Assembly: GCA_963701855.1 (NCBI GenBank) | Contig: CAVPBK010000012.1 | Location: 32,001 to 96,000 of the forward strand | DNA from: Nitrospirota bacterium | GTDB taxonomy: Bacteria; Nitrospirota; Nitrospiria; Nitrospirales; Nitrospiraceae | Length of the DNA stretch: 64,000 nucleotides | Reading direction: 5' to 3' | Shown: positions 53,147 through 63,824 of the stretch, one piece after another | Layout: each line of letters starts with the position of its first letter | Position numbering within the stretch: position 1 is the first letter of the stretch | Notes under the pieces: generated by a model | Databases searched by the model: none | Told to the model about the DNA's origin: nothing | What the model saw: the letters and a program-made list of their open reading frames with translations, nothing else | Translations under genes and position numbers: made by a program

Positions 53147-54817
53147 ATGAGTGTGCTTTGCTACGCTGCCCGGTACGTAACGCAGTTTGAACGTATTCGT
53201 CTAGTGCCCCTATCCAAGATCATCATGCGTCAGCGGCACAGATTGAACAATTGGTACTGCGCACTGTGTCTCTGCGCCATCGGGTTTGCGCTCGACCATG
53301 TCGCGTGGGCGCAGGCGCCGAATGAGACCTATGATTTCAGCATTTCGAAAGGGATCGTGGAGTTTGGTCGCGGACACTATACACAAGCCGCCGATCTGTT
53401 CGAACAGGCCCGACAAGCTGCACCGAACGATCCGGAAGCGATCGAATACCTCGGACAGACGCTGTTACGCCTCAAAAAGTATCATGAAGCCGAAACCCTC
53501 TTTCACGATCTGACAATGAGACAGCCGGCTCGTCCGCAAGCCTGGCTGGGACTGGCCATCTCACAAAGTCACCTCGGGAAATATCGCGAAGCGCTGGCAA
53601 CGCTTGATCAGGCCCAGAAACTCGATCCAGAGAATCCGCTCGTCTATTTCTACCAGGGAGTCGTCTCGCATGAACTGAAATCGTTCAGTCAGTCGTCCGC
53701 CTTGTTTTCCCGAGCCATGGCTCTCAGCCCTGACCTCACACCGACCGCTCGATATTACACGGGGATGTCGTACTACGAGCGTGGAATGATTGATCAGGGC
53801 CAAAAAGAAATAGAGGCGGCAATTGCCTCGGGCGAACCAGAGTCCGAACTTGCTCGAATCGCTCGTGAGGTTCTGCAGCAACGAACCGCGGTTCCTAAGG
53901 GCCCCAAACCGTGGGATCTGAATCTGAGCGTCAGCGGCCAGTACGATACCAATGTCGTATTGCTTCCCATCGGAACCCAACCTCCAGGCGGAACGTCGAG
54001 TATTTCGAAGAAGGACGACTTCCGCACTACATTCTACGCCCGCGGCGAATATCGACCGATTCAAACTGCCGGGTGGACGGCAGGAGTCACGTACGGTTTT
54101 TATCAGACTTTGCAACAGACACTGACAGCATTCGACATCCAGGACCATGCGCCCTCGGCATTTGTTCAACATCAAATGGGCCGAGTGACGGCACGACTCC
54201 AATATGCCTTCGACTATGTGCGTGTCGGCCAGGATCCGTTTTTGCTCTCCAATGCCGTGCAACCGATCTTCACGATCGCCGAGACCAACAGTCTGTTCAC
54301 CCAGCTACAGTTCCGGTATCAGTACAAAGACTTCCAGGATGATCGCTTTGCTGGAAATTCCTTCAGGGACGGAAAGAACTGGTTGGCAGGCGTCACACAG
54401 TACGCCTACTTCGCCAATGGAACAGGACATGTACGGCTGGGCTATACTTTCGACACCGATAACACCGGCGGAGGAAATCCTTCGGTGGCGACACCGGGCG
54501 TTCAAACAAATGCCGATTGGGACTACCACGCGCATCGTCTATCGGTCGGATTGGGTGTGCCGGACTTCTGGACGTTGAAATCGAACTTCGCATTCGACTA
54601 CTACCACATGGATTACGATAACCCGAATTCTTTTTCAGCCGGCGGCACAACGAAGCGTCGCGATAACGTCATGTTCTTCACTGCCACGATTGGCCGTCCC
54701 CTCACCGATTGGCTCTCAATTGCAGCGGAATACAACTACACGAGAGATGAGTCCAACCTCACGGTGTTCAACTACGCCCGCAATATTTTCTCGCTCACCC
54801 TGAGTAGCCGCTTCTAA
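53147..54817 (+). CDS. TPR-repeat protein with a C-terminal outer-membrane beta-barrel
   Basis: N-terminal TPRs; YDTNV barrel start; terminal Phe. Confidence 0.8.
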   Translation: MSVLCYAARYVTQFERIRLVPLSKIIMRQRHRLNNWYCALCLCAIGFALDHVAWAQAPNETYDFSISKGIVEFGRGHYTQAADLFEQARQAAPNDPEAIEYLGQTLLRLKKYHEAETLFHDLTMRQPARPQAWLGLAISQSHLGKYREALATLDQAQKLDPENPLVYFYQGVVSHELKSFSQSSALFSRAMALSPDLTPTARYYTGMSYYERGMIDQGQKEIEAAIASGEPESELARIAREVLQQRTAVPKGPKPWDLNLSVSGQYDTNVVLLPIGTQPPGGTSSISKKDDFRTTFYARGEYRPIQTAGWTAGVTYGFYQTLQQTLTAFDIQDHAPSAFVQHQMGRVTARLQYAFDYVRVGQDPFLLSNAVQPIFTIAETNSLFTQLQFRYQYKDFQDDRFAGNSFRDGKNWLAGVTQYAYFANGTGHVRLGYTFDTDNTGGGNPSVATPGVQTNADWDYHAHRLSVGLGVPDFWTLKSNFAFDYYHMDYDNPNSFSAGGTTKRRDNVMFFTATIGRPLTDWLSIAAEYNYTRDESNLTVFNYARNIFSLTLSSRF

Positions 54818-55092
54818 GCCCTTCCAACCACCGACTCATTGTTCCATGACGCAAATTGTCGTACTAGGTGACAGAATACGTCGCTCAACTTATTGATAAC
54901 GCTACGAAAGAACTAACTCATTCGAACGGGGCCCTCAAAAGTTGGTCTCTGCGATGATCTGTCTTATCAATGGCTTGGCCAGAGGGCTGATCTCGCTCAA
55001 AAACCGCCGGTCTCGGTACATTTCGTGCCCATACGAGGGGCAGAGAAAACTCTTAGGCGACTGTTGTCTCTTGTCTACTGGGAGGGGAAATA

Positions 55093-56424
55093 ATGACAGC
55101 TCGAGGAATACTGTTAAGCCTCTTCGCAATTCCCTTGGCCTTTGGATCGTCCCTTGCTCTGGGGGCGGAGAGAGACCAGGACGGAATCGGGTTCTACACG
55201 GCAGTGTTGGGTCAAGCCAGTGTCACGCATCCCGGTGAAGATCGAGTCCTTCCAGTCAAGCTCCATGACGAGGTGTTGTTCAAAGATGTGATTCAGACCC
55301 AACACGAATCGCGCACAAAAGCGTTGTTTCAAGATGACAGCATGCTGACTGTGGGAGAAAACAGTCGGGTGGAGATCGACGAGTACATATTCAACCCGGA
55401 AAAGAACGTCCGGCGGGCTGTTGTGAAACTTATGCAAGGCCAAGTGCGGGCCCTGGTGAGCAAAGTGTTTAAAGCGAATGGGTCAAGATTCGAGATCCAT
55501 ACTCCCTCGGCTGTCGCGGCAGCCCGGGGAACCTATTTCACCGTCTGGGTCGAAAATGGACAGTCGGGCATTATCAACATTGGTGAGAAGGGACGCGTTG
55601 ATTTTACGTCGGGTGGAATGACGGTTGCCGTTGATCCCGGATTCTTCTCGATCGCCCTTGAAGGTCACGCTCCATCGGCCCCTCTGCCGCATCATCTTGG
55701 CCTAAAAGGCCATGACCCGATGGGCAATGATCAGTCGGAAGCGACGGTGAAGACCGCCGACAAGAAGACTGCTTCAACGCACTTGATATTTCACGATCAA
55801 GGTCAGAATGTAATTCGCCCGATCGAGAAGGCCGAACTGACCATGGCATCCTCTCCGGCTGGACTCACTCGGGCATTGACGGCCGTTGAGCTGACGACAC
55901 TGCGCGAAGCGCCTCTCGTTGAATTGCCGGCGCAGGTGCTCCAGGCATTGAACCTTGATGCGCGCTTGATGAAGGCGCTGACAACCTTGACCAATCGACC
56001 CACCGGGTCTCTTGTAGGAAGCAGCGGAGGAACGACGGCTGTGGCGACGGGAACGCTCACGACCGGGACTCTCACTGTTGGATCTGTCTCTGTGGGAACG
56101 ACGTCACCTTCTGGAGGAACTGTTTCCGTGGGGTCTCTTTCCGTGGGGTCCGTTTCTGTTGGATCTACGGTTGTAGCTCCATTGACTACCGTCGTCTCAA
56201 CCGTAGTTGCCCCGGTGACTCCGCTAATTTCATCGGTCGTGGCGCCTGTAGCCCCCCTGATCTCAACTGTTATAGCCCCCGTGGCACCCATCATCACAAC
56301 TGTTGTGGCACCGGTGGCTCCAGTCATCGCACCGATCGTGGCTCCGGTGACCCCGGTTGTCACTACGATACTCGCAACTCCGCCCGCTGTCCTCAACGGC
56401 GCATTGAGTCTGCTGAAACACTAG
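55093..56424 (+). CDS. FecR-domain protein with a repetitive C-terminal tail
   Basis: D.IQT...F.DDS.L.VGENS, TPSAVAAARGT.F. Confidence 0.85.
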   Translation: MTARGILLSLFAIPLAFGSSLALGAERDQDGIGFYTAVLGQASVTHPGEDRVLPVKLHDEVLFKDVIQTQHESRTKALFQDDSMLTVGENSRVEIDEYIFNPEKNVRRAVVKLMQGQVRALVSKVFKANGSRFEIHTPSAVAAARGTYFTVWVENGQSGIINIGEKGRVDFTSGGMTVAVDPGFFSIALEGHAPSAPLPHHLGLKGHDPMGNDQSEATVKTADKKTASTHLIFHDQGQNVIRPIEKAELTMASSPAGLTRALTAVELTTLREAPLVELPAQVLQALNLDARLMKALTTLTNRPTGSLVGSSGGTTAVATGTLTTGTLTVGSVSVGTTSPSGGTVSVGSLSVGSVSVGSTVVAPLTTVVSTVVAPVTPLISSVVAPVAPLISTVIAPVAPIITTVVAPVAPVIAPIVAPVTPVVTTILATPPAVLNGALSLLKH

Positions 56425-56449
56425 CGTCTTGCGGCGATCGACGAGATGT

Positions 56450-56484
56450 CTGCGGCCCTTGGCTCAATCGGCCAAGGGCCGCAG
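56450..56484 (+). terminator. 14-bp stem hairpin after the FecR gene
   Basis: ctgcggcccttggc / gccaagggccgcag. Confidence 0.55.
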
Positions 56485-56489
56485 TTGTT

Positions 56490-58745
56490 ATGGTCGGTAA
56501 TCCCTCTGGAAGGGAGGACGATGCGCACTGTGCAAATTGTCTTGTCCCCCTAATACAACCAGGCACAATGATACCCAATGAACGGAACGCCTGCTCCCAA
56601 TCCTTGAAGGGTAAACAACGTCTCGTGAAATTCTCAGCAGACAACAACCCGGGAGTCGGGTTTCGACTCGGACTCGGCCTGGGCGTGGCCGTCACGATCG
56701 GTTTGGCATTTCTGACGTGGCTGGCCCCCAACATCGTCGTGCGTCTCGACAATACCGCCTTGGATTTTCAATTCCGCCTGCGGGGCGAACGAAATCCTGG
56801 GCAGGAAGTCGTGCTCGTGTTGGTCGACGAGAAAAGCCTCAAAGAGATTGGACGATGGCCCTGGCCTCGCGACAAGCAAGCGCGTCTCGTCGATCAGATT
56901 TACGCAGGCGAGCCGGCTGTGCTTGGCCTCGATATTATCTACGCCGAACCGGAAGAATCCGACGCGATCCGTAATATCAAGTCATGGTTGGCTGCGGCAC
57001 AGCAGAAGGAACCGTTATCCAACAAAGTGCTCGGACTGTTGAAAGCCCGCCTCCAAGCCTTAGACACAGATCAGCAATTGGCCCAGAGCTTGACGCGAGC
57101 AGGCGCAGTCGTGCTGGCTATGCCATTTTTCTTGCCGGAGAGCCAGATAACCGGCTCATTGCCCGACACAGCCCGAGCGGTTCCGGAATACCTACTGAAG
57201 AGTGAGTTCATGCTCGTGAAGCAGACGAAGTCTGCTGAAGAGTCTCACCCCTATGAAGCGGCGGCCATGCTTCCCCCACTCGGCACATTTGCACAACAGG
57301 CAACGGGTCTCGGGCATGTCTATCGATTGTCCGACCATGATGGCGTCACCCGTCGCGAGGTGCTCGCCCTGCGCCACGGAGATGCCTACTATCCCTCTTT
57401 TGCGCTGGAAGTCGCGCGGCTCTATCTCGGCCAGACCAGAGAGCATATGGCGCTCTTGCTTGGAGACGGAGTGCAGGTTGGCGCGACGCTCGTACCGACG
57501 GATCAAAGGCTTCGAATGCTCATTAATTACGCCGGTCGGGATCTGCGATTTCCCTGGGTGTCCGCGACCGATGTGATCCACCATCGAATCCCATCAGATC
57601 ACTTCCGGGGGAAGGCCGTTCTAGTCGGAACGGCTGCGTTGGGAACATACGATCAGCTCAGTACACCCTTCTCCGCCAATTTTTCTGGTGTCGAGAAGAA
57701 TGCCACCGTGATCGAAAATATTCTCCACGAACGGTTTCTGACCGCCGGACTCTGGACCGGCCCCGTCGAATTCGGCCTAGTCCTGTTCTTCGGATTCATG
57801 CTGACCTTTATCCTGCCACGAGTGCGTGCCATACATGGAACGTGGCTGGCAGCAGCGACCTGGATTGGATACGCGGGCACTGTGCAGGCGCTCTTTGTTG
57901 TGAAGGGGATTTGCCTGCCCGTCGTGATGCCGACCCTGACCATCGGATCAGTCTTCGTCGTGACCACAGTCCTCAACTATATGTTCAAGGAGCGCCAGGC
58001 TAGAGACATTCATTCCATGTTTGCCAGTTACGTCAGTCCTCGAATCGTGCAGGAACTGATGAAATCTCCTTCGAAGGCGACGTTAGGGGGACAGCGTAAA
58101 GAACTGACCATGCTGTTTTCCGATTTGGTCGGGTTTACCACGTTCAGTGAACATCGTCCGGCAGAAGACGTGGTCGATCAGCTGAATGAATATCTCAGCA
58201 CCATGACCGACGTGATTTTTCGGTGGAACGGGACGTTGGACAAATTCGTCGGGGACGAAATTGTCGTCTTCTGGGGGGCACCGCTGGACCAGCCGGACCA
58301 TGCCGAACTGGCCGTACAATGCGCATTGGAGATGCAGGCGCGATTGAAGGACCTGCAGGCCAGGTGGAAGTCGCAAGGAAAACCGATCCTCGAGAATGGG
58401 ATCGGCATCAACACGGGTGTGGCCTTGGTGGGGAATATCGGCGCGGAGGGCAAAAAAATGGATTACACCATGATCGGCGATCAGGTGAATCTGGCCGCGC
58501 GCTTCCAGGGACTGACCAGAATGCTGGACCATCCAATTCTGTTGACCGAGTTCACGGCATCAAAACTCGCATTGGGGTTGGGTCGCGAAAAGCCGGACGC
58601 GCAACGGGATGGACTCGACCACATCCAGCTCCGAAAGCTTCAAGTGGTCACCGTCAAGGGCCGACAAGCCCCGGTGGGAGCCTACACAGTGGAATGTCAG
58701 TCTGAGAGTGCGAAGCATGTGGAACGTGAAGCCACCGCGGGCTGA
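56490..58745 (+). CDS. CHASE2-domain class III adenylate cyclase (start uncertain)
   Basis: GRWPWPR; FSDLVGFT, DKFVGD, DYTMIGDQVNLAAR. Confidence 0.92.
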   Translation: MVGNPSGREDDAHCANCLVPLIQPGTMIPNERNACSQSLKGKQRLVKFSADNNPGVGFRLGLGLGVAVTIGLAFLTWLAPNIVVRLDNTALDFQFRLRGERNPGQEVVLVLVDEKSLKEIGRWPWPRDKQARLVDQIYAGEPAVLGLDIIYAEPEESDAIRNIKSWLAAAQQKEPLSNKVLGLLKARLQALDTDQQLAQSLTRAGAVVLAMPFFLPESQITGSLPDTARAVPEYLLKSEFMLVKQTKSAEESHPYEAAAMLPPLGTFAQQATGLGHVYRLSDHDGVTRREVLALRHGDAYYPSFALEVARLYLGQTREHMALLLGDGVQVGATLVPTDQRLRMLINYAGRDLRFPWVSATDVIHHRIPSDHFRGKAVLVGTAALGTYDQLSTPFSANFSGVEKNATVIENILHERFLTAGLWTGPVEFGLVLFFGFMLTFILPRVRAIHGTWLAAATWIGYAGTVQALFVVKGICLPVVMPTLTIGSVFVVTTVLNYMFKERQARDIHSMFASYVSPRIVQELMKSPSKATLGGQRKELTMLFSDLVGFTTFSEHRPAEDVVDQLNEYLSTMTDVIFRWNGTLDKFVGDEIVVFWGAPLDQPDHAELAVQCALEMQARLKDLQARWKSQGKPILENGIGINTGVALVGNIGAEGKKMDYTMIGDQVNLAARFQGLTRMLDHPILLTEFTASKLALGLGREKPDAQRDGLDHIQLRKLQVVTVKGRQAPVGAYTVECQSESAKHVEREATAG

Positions 58746-58760
58746 AAAGGAGGCCGCGGG

Positions 58761-60254
58761 TCAGGCGATCTTGCAGATCTTCGAACGAGGCTGAGTAACT
58801 TGGTAGACCTTTTGTCTCGTAAAGACATGCACAAGTTCCGAGTCTAGTTTTCCCTCCTTGCTCTGTCCCTCGAGATAGCTGAGCGCAGTGTCAGAAGAAA
58901 TAGCCGCTTTGTATGGCCGATCCGACGCTGTTAAGGCATCGTAGATATCGCAAATCGTCATCATGCGCGCCTGTAGCGGAATCTGATTGTGCAGCAACCC
59001 ACGGGGATAGCCACTGCCATCCAACTTTTCATGGTGGCTCCACGCGATCGACGGCACGTTTTTGAGCGATCTCGACCAGGGGATTTTTGACAAGAATTCA
59101 AACGTGTGAGCAACATGCCGCTCGATCTCTGTTCGTTCGGACTGGGTGAGAGTGCCCTGGAGCACCGATAGCGCGCCGACTTCCTCCTCCGTGAGAAAAG
59201 GACGGGGGCCATCGTAAGACCGGTATTCCAGCTGCGCGATTTCCTTCAACTTCACGACCTCGGCAGAGGATTGCGTAGTCGGCTGGTTACATTTCAGGAT
59301 GAACGAAAACATCTCGTCCACCTCTTTCGTCTGCTGGGCCAGGTGTCGATCCAGTTGTGCCAATAACGTCTGCTTTTTCCCTCCCCTTCTGGTTTCATGC
59401 ACCTCCAGCTTGCGACGTAACGTATCGGCTTCCAAAGTCCTCTTGATGAAATCGAACCTCGATTTGATGAGCTCCTGCTGGAGCTGATACAGCTTCCGTG
59501 CTTTAAGGAGAATGTGTTCACGAACTCCGACCTTGCCGAAGTCGTGAAGCACGGCGGCATAACGAAGCTCTTTGAGCTGTTCGACATTGAATCGAACGTC
59601 CGCATAGAGGCCGGAATCGCTTTGAGAGACCGCATCAGCCAGTCGGCACGTGAGGATGGCCACGCGTTGGCTATGCCCGCTGGTAGTGGGATCGCGGCTT
59701 TCAATGGCTTGAACACTGGCGGAAATAAACCCTTCGAACAAGTGATGAATTTCCTCGTAGAGATTGGCGTTCTCGATTGCGATGCCGACCTGATGACCAA
59801 GCGCGACAAAGGTCTGGAGATCGTCCTCGCCGAATGAATCCCCATTCTTGCGGTTGATGGCTTGGAGCACGCCTAGCAGATGGCCATGAGCCGTGACGGG
59901 CACACAGACCATGTTGCGTGTAACGAATCCACTAGCTTGGTCTACTTGACGGAAGAAACGGGTATCATGCTGGACATCGTTCACAATAATAGGTTCTCCG
60001 GTTCGAGCGACATGTCCTGCAATCCCTTGCCCGCGCCGAAAACGAGCCTCACGAACAGCCTCGCTCTTCTCGCCATGAGCCACATCGAAATACAATTCGC
60101 CAGCGGTCTCATCCAACAAGAGGAGCGAGCCGGCTTCGGCATTCATCAAGAGCGTGGCCGCTTCGATGGCACGCTTGCGGATGGTCGCGTGGTCAAGACT
60201 CGAATTCAGCAGAGCGCTGATTTCCTGAAGTTGTCGCAGGGTTGGATCTTTCAT
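58761..60254 (-). CDS. GAF plus HD-GYP phosphodiesterase
   Basis: GAF domain; HDFGK, HHEKLDGSGYP. Confidence 0.92.
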   Translation of the reverse strand: MKDPTLRQLQEISALLNSSLDHATIRKRAIEAATLLMNAEAGSLLLLDETAGELYFDVAHGEKSEAVREARFRRGQGIAGHVARTGEPIIVNDVQHDTRFFRQVDQASGFVTRNMVCVPVTAHGHLLGVLQAINRKNGDSFGEDDLQTFVALGHQVGIAIENANLYEEIHHLFEGFISASVQAIESRDPTTSGHSQRVAILTCRLADAVSQSDSGLYADVRFNVEQLKELRYAAVLHDFGKVGVREHILLKARKLYQLQQELIKSRFDFIKRTLEADTLRRKLEVHETRRGGKKQTLLAQLDRHLAQQTKEVDEMFSFILKCNQPTTQSSAEVVKLKEIAQLEYRSYDGPRPFLTEEEVGALSVLQGTLTQSERTEIERHVAHTFEFLSKIPWSRSLKNVPSIAWSHHEKLDGSGYPRGLLHNQIPLQARMMTICDIYDALTASDRPYKAAISSDTALSYLEGQSKEGKLDSELVHVFTRQKVYQVTQPRSKICKIA

Positions 60255-60421
60255 AATCTGGAATCCTGTACGCGACTGTGCGCAGAGTACTTTCTGGAAA
60301 CTGTAACACGGGCGGCATGTTTTGCACGGAAAAGTGCTGTTTGGAAGTAAAGGGGAAAGAGTGTGTTGTGCCCGGTTAAAAAGTAGACGGGTGGCTTATT
60401 CAGCTGGATGTATGAAGCCCA

Positions 60422-60910
60422 ATGAAATTATTCAAAACCCATCGTAGCGGAAGACAGCCGAGGGGAGTCCTGATGATGATGCAGAGTAAGAACGGCACTC
60501 ACCGCACGATCCCCTTAAATGCAACCGTATACGAGCTGCTCGCGGCCAAGCAAGCGACGACGAAAGCCGCACGCGGCCCCGTGTTCACAACCCCTCGCGG
60601 GAATGAACTTCGCGTACGGTACCTGGCTCGGGAGTTTTGCGAGGCGCGCGATCGGGCAGGCATTCCAGACTTCCGCTTTCACGACTTGCGGTACACGCTC
60701 ACCACACGCTTAGTGCAACGTGGCGTGGATTTGTACAAGGTACAATGTCTGCTCGGTCACAAGACCAGCCAGATGACGCAACGCTATGCGCATCATTCGC
60801 CGGAGAGTTTGCGAGAGGGTGTGAACGTGTTGGATGGGCCGCACCCGCAGCGAGTTAGCACACGGAGCGATTGTGACCGGTCTTACGAGAGCAAGAACGC
60901 TTGGAAGTGA
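60422..60910 (+). pseudogene. Tyrosine integrase C-terminal fragment
   Basis: KNG..R.IPL, FHDLR, LLGH, TQRY; the N-terminus is missing. Confidence 0.85.
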
Positions 60911-60921
60911 ATGATTGTAAA

Positions 60922-60968
60922 TGGTGAGCCGGCTGGGACTCGAACCCAGGACCCTCGCATTAAAAGAG
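60922..60968 (-). repeat. tRNA-Lys(TTT) 3' half, att-like
   Basis: CT-TTT-AA loop, T arm and ACCA present; 5' half absent. Confidence 0.85.
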
Positions 60969-61650
60969 CTACTCAGACACTTACTACTAAAGATGATCGA
61001 GTGAGACCAATTGATACGATCCCACTGAAGTCATGCAATATTTCTTTCCTCCACTCCATTACCATTTACGACCTAGACATATCTCTGATCGTCACCAAAA
61101 CCGCTACCGAACCGCAAAAAAACCGCTACCCATGAAAAGGTTCTACTGTGTCGAAGGCGAGGTTTGACTTTGGGCTATCTCCGCTTCTCCAGCGGTGACA
61201 CAGATCTCATAGGCATCAATCATGATTCTCAAAACATCTGGAGCCATTCCTGGGTGATATGGAGTGAAACAGAGTCAGCGGAGGATAGTACTGCTATACA
61301 ACCGTTTTACGACCGCAACTTATATCTAGTTCGAGTCCTGTCTGCACACAGGGTTCAAAAACCTCTCTCGAACTCAAGACTCGATAGGTCGATTTTTCCA
61401 GGGCTTTGACGTATCCTTCCGACTGTTCCAAAAACGAATCTTTCTGACAAGGAGCGTCAGCCCGTGAAGGAAAACCCGGAGGAGGAATCAATGAAATCAC
61501 GAGCAAACACCGACTCCTATTCCCCTATCCTCCAGCATTGTGTCGTCAACCTCCTAGGTGCAATCCGCACCGTCGTGAGCATTATGCGTAGGGCTAGCGT
61601 TCTGCAGTCCTGTCCTTGAGGCATCGGCGCTGCCCCCCGCAGATGAAGTA

Positions 61651-62613
61651 TTGCAGGAGCTGCAGATTTCGGACCGCGACCGGCAGAGAATCCGGGAGGG
61701 CGAAATTGTCACGTGGACGGCCACTGAAGGATCGGATCGGGAGCTGGCCCTCGGCATGGCCTTGTTGGTGAAGACAAAGACTGAGAATCTTACCGATCTC
61801 TTTCGTGAGGCGGCTACGTTTATGAACATCAAGGTGATCACTGGGTTTGGAAGGATTGGGAACATTGGGTTTGGAACGATTGAGAACGAAGGGTCAGTGG
61901 CCGATTTTGCAGGGGTGACGCTGGCTCCAAACGGAGAGAAAGAAGCCCGGCGCTACCTCAAAGGGGAACCGGGCGATGACCTGAATCTGGACGCCAAGGA
62001 GATGGCGGCCTTTCGGGCGCTGAACTCAGCCAGCAAGGACGGGGCGGTGCCGATTCAGAAGGTGGAGGCACTGATACGCGAGGGGTTGCTGGCGCGCTAC
62101 CAGGCCTATCACACGAAGGGATTGGCAGGCGTCGCGCCTTACGCACGCAAGAGCGGGCCTCACCTCCTCGCGAGCGACGAGCTGTCCATTGCTACAAAAC
62201 AATCGAAGCTCCTTGCGAAGTATCTCCCCTCCGTGTACGACGTACTCATCAAGTATCCGGCCACCACCTTAAGGCAAGGCGAGGAGCTCGAGGAACAGTT
62301 TTTGTGGATTAATAGCGAAGTCTTTGGGCGTCCGACCTTTGCCTTGTCTCACCGCCTACTCTTCCAGGTCGGCGAAGCCTATGTCTTCGTGGATCGCCAA
62401 TACTACGCCAGCCATGACTACAACTGCCTGCAACAAGGGGCGGCGGCGCTCCCAACGGAGGACGGCACGGTCGTCGTCTACCTCAGTCGTGTGTCGACCG
62501 AGCAGGTCGCCGGATTTGGATCCTCGATGAAGCATTCCGCGTCTCGTGTCCTGATGACGCCCTACTTCAAGGACTTGCTTGAGGCCCTTCGGGCGAAGGC
62601 CCAGAAGCAGTAG
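61651..62613 (+). CDS. Hypothetical protein (start probably further upstream)
   Basis: Long ORF; signal-like sequence just upstream. Confidence 0.65.
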   Translation: MQELQISDRDRQRIREGEIVTWTATEGSDRELALGMALLVKTKTENLTDLFREAATFMNIKVITGFGRIGNIGFGTIENEGSVADFAGVTLAPNGEKEARRYLKGEPGDDLNLDAKEMAAFRALNSASKDGAVPIQKVEALIREGLLARYQAYHTKGLAGVAPYARKSGPHLLASDELSIATKQSKLLAKYLPSVYDVLIKYPATTLRQGEELEEQFLWINSEVFGRPTFALSHRLLFQVGEAYVFVDRQYYASHDYNCLQQGAAALPTEDGTVVVYLSRVSTEQVAGFGSSMKHSASRVLMTPYFKDLLEALRAKAQKQ

Positions 62614-62837
62614 CGCGATGCTGAGGATGTTTTAAATCTTGGATTAGCTTAGGACATAAGCCAAAACGGGGTACTTTCTGGATAGACCAGGAAGTAAAAA
62701 TCAGTTCTTTTTGACCCCCCTGAATTCCAGCCTTTATCCTCAAGGAAATCACTATGATCATCGCGAGAGATATCACAAGCTATTTGACCCCCCTCAGGAA
62801 CCATCGGGTGGCAACAGTGAGAGGGGCAGGTTCCCGC

Positions 62838-63824
62838 TCATGAGTCATTTAGCAGGAGGACTTCTTCCATGAGTCGTTCGAGATCTTGGCTCATGAGATT
62901 GATGTCGGATTCGAGAAGATCCAACATGGCGGCTCGAGCACGAAGGTCTTCAATCTCAGAGGAGCCTCCCTCACCAAAAAACAGAGCCGTACGACGCTGC
63001 TCCAGCTCCGAACCTGCCTCCCCAAACCGACCGTCTTGACGCCAGCGGATGATGAGGGATTCTCGTAAGGACCGCTGCGCAGGATCGTCGGGTAACGGAC
63101 GGGTCAAGTGCCGCCATACTGAAGGAGGAATCAGCGCTGGTTCTTCAGGCGCCATCCACACCTCCTGCAAGAGGTTACGCGCGTGTCGAAAGTCATAGTG
63201 GGTGTCGTCGAAAAAAGCAGACAGGCCGAACCATGTTGCCACACTGCCTCCGAATATCGCAGCGGCGGCTGCGGCCGTTTCTTGCAATGCGAGTTCCAAT
63301 GCGCCAGCGACGATGCCGATCATGGCATCACCCACGATGGCGATGAGTGTGTATTGTCGAATGCGTTTGTCACGCACCTCGTGCAACCCATCCGCAAGCT
63401 GATCGGCTCGTTCTTCTTCGCAATCGGCTTCGGCAGCGGCTCTGGCGACATCCAGAAAGGCCAGTAATATGCGATTCGAGAGCTGTTGCTGCACGTGAAG
63501 GCGTTCGATGGTCATGGCCCCACCATGTTGATCCGCCTCTGCCTTCAGAATCGTCAGTTGCGCGAGGAGATCTTTGACGCCGATACTGTCGGCGATACTC
63601 TGGGATTGCGGAGAAAATCGCCCGGCAAGCACATCAGGATTGACTGGAAGGCGCTCCGAGCCAACAGGCATGCGAGAGAGGTTTTGGTTGAGAGATCGGT
63701 GAACGGGCGAGACAGGTCCGCACCGACGGTCCACAACCTCGGGGTGAAGCAGAGGGGTTGGTCTCGTAGCACACCCGGAGACGAGGCCCAACAGGAGTAC
63801 TGCGATAAGCAGGATGGTGGCCAC
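62838..63824 (-). CDS. Putative lipoprotein with a central hydrophobic hairpin
   Basis: VSGC lipobox; GAGG RBS. Confidence 0.7.
   Translation of the reverse strand: MATILLIAVLLLGLVSGCATRPTPLLHPEVVDRRCGPVSPVHRSLNQNLSRMPVGSERLPVNPDVLAGRFSPQSQSIADSIGVKDLLAQLTILKAEADQHGGAMTIERLHVQQQLSNRILLAFLDVARAAAEADCEEERADQLADGLHEVRDKRIRQYTLIAIVGDAMIGIVAGALELALQETAAAAAAIFGGSVATWFGLSAFFDDTHYDFRHARNLLQEVWMAPEEPALIPPSVWRHLTRPLPDDPAQRSLRESLIIRWRQDGRFGEAGSELEQRRTALFFGEGGSSEIEDLRARAAMLDLLESDINLMSQDLERLMEEVLLLNDS

Larger units (their letters stand above)
52055..60958. mobile_element. Island bounded by tRNA-Lys-derived repeats, carrying a signalling module
   Basis: Direct repeats plus an integrase remnant at the right end. 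Confidence 0.75.

Noticed and set aside
61842..61887. 24-bp tandem duplication inside a CDS
   Set aside because: It is an in-frame local duplication with no further structure.
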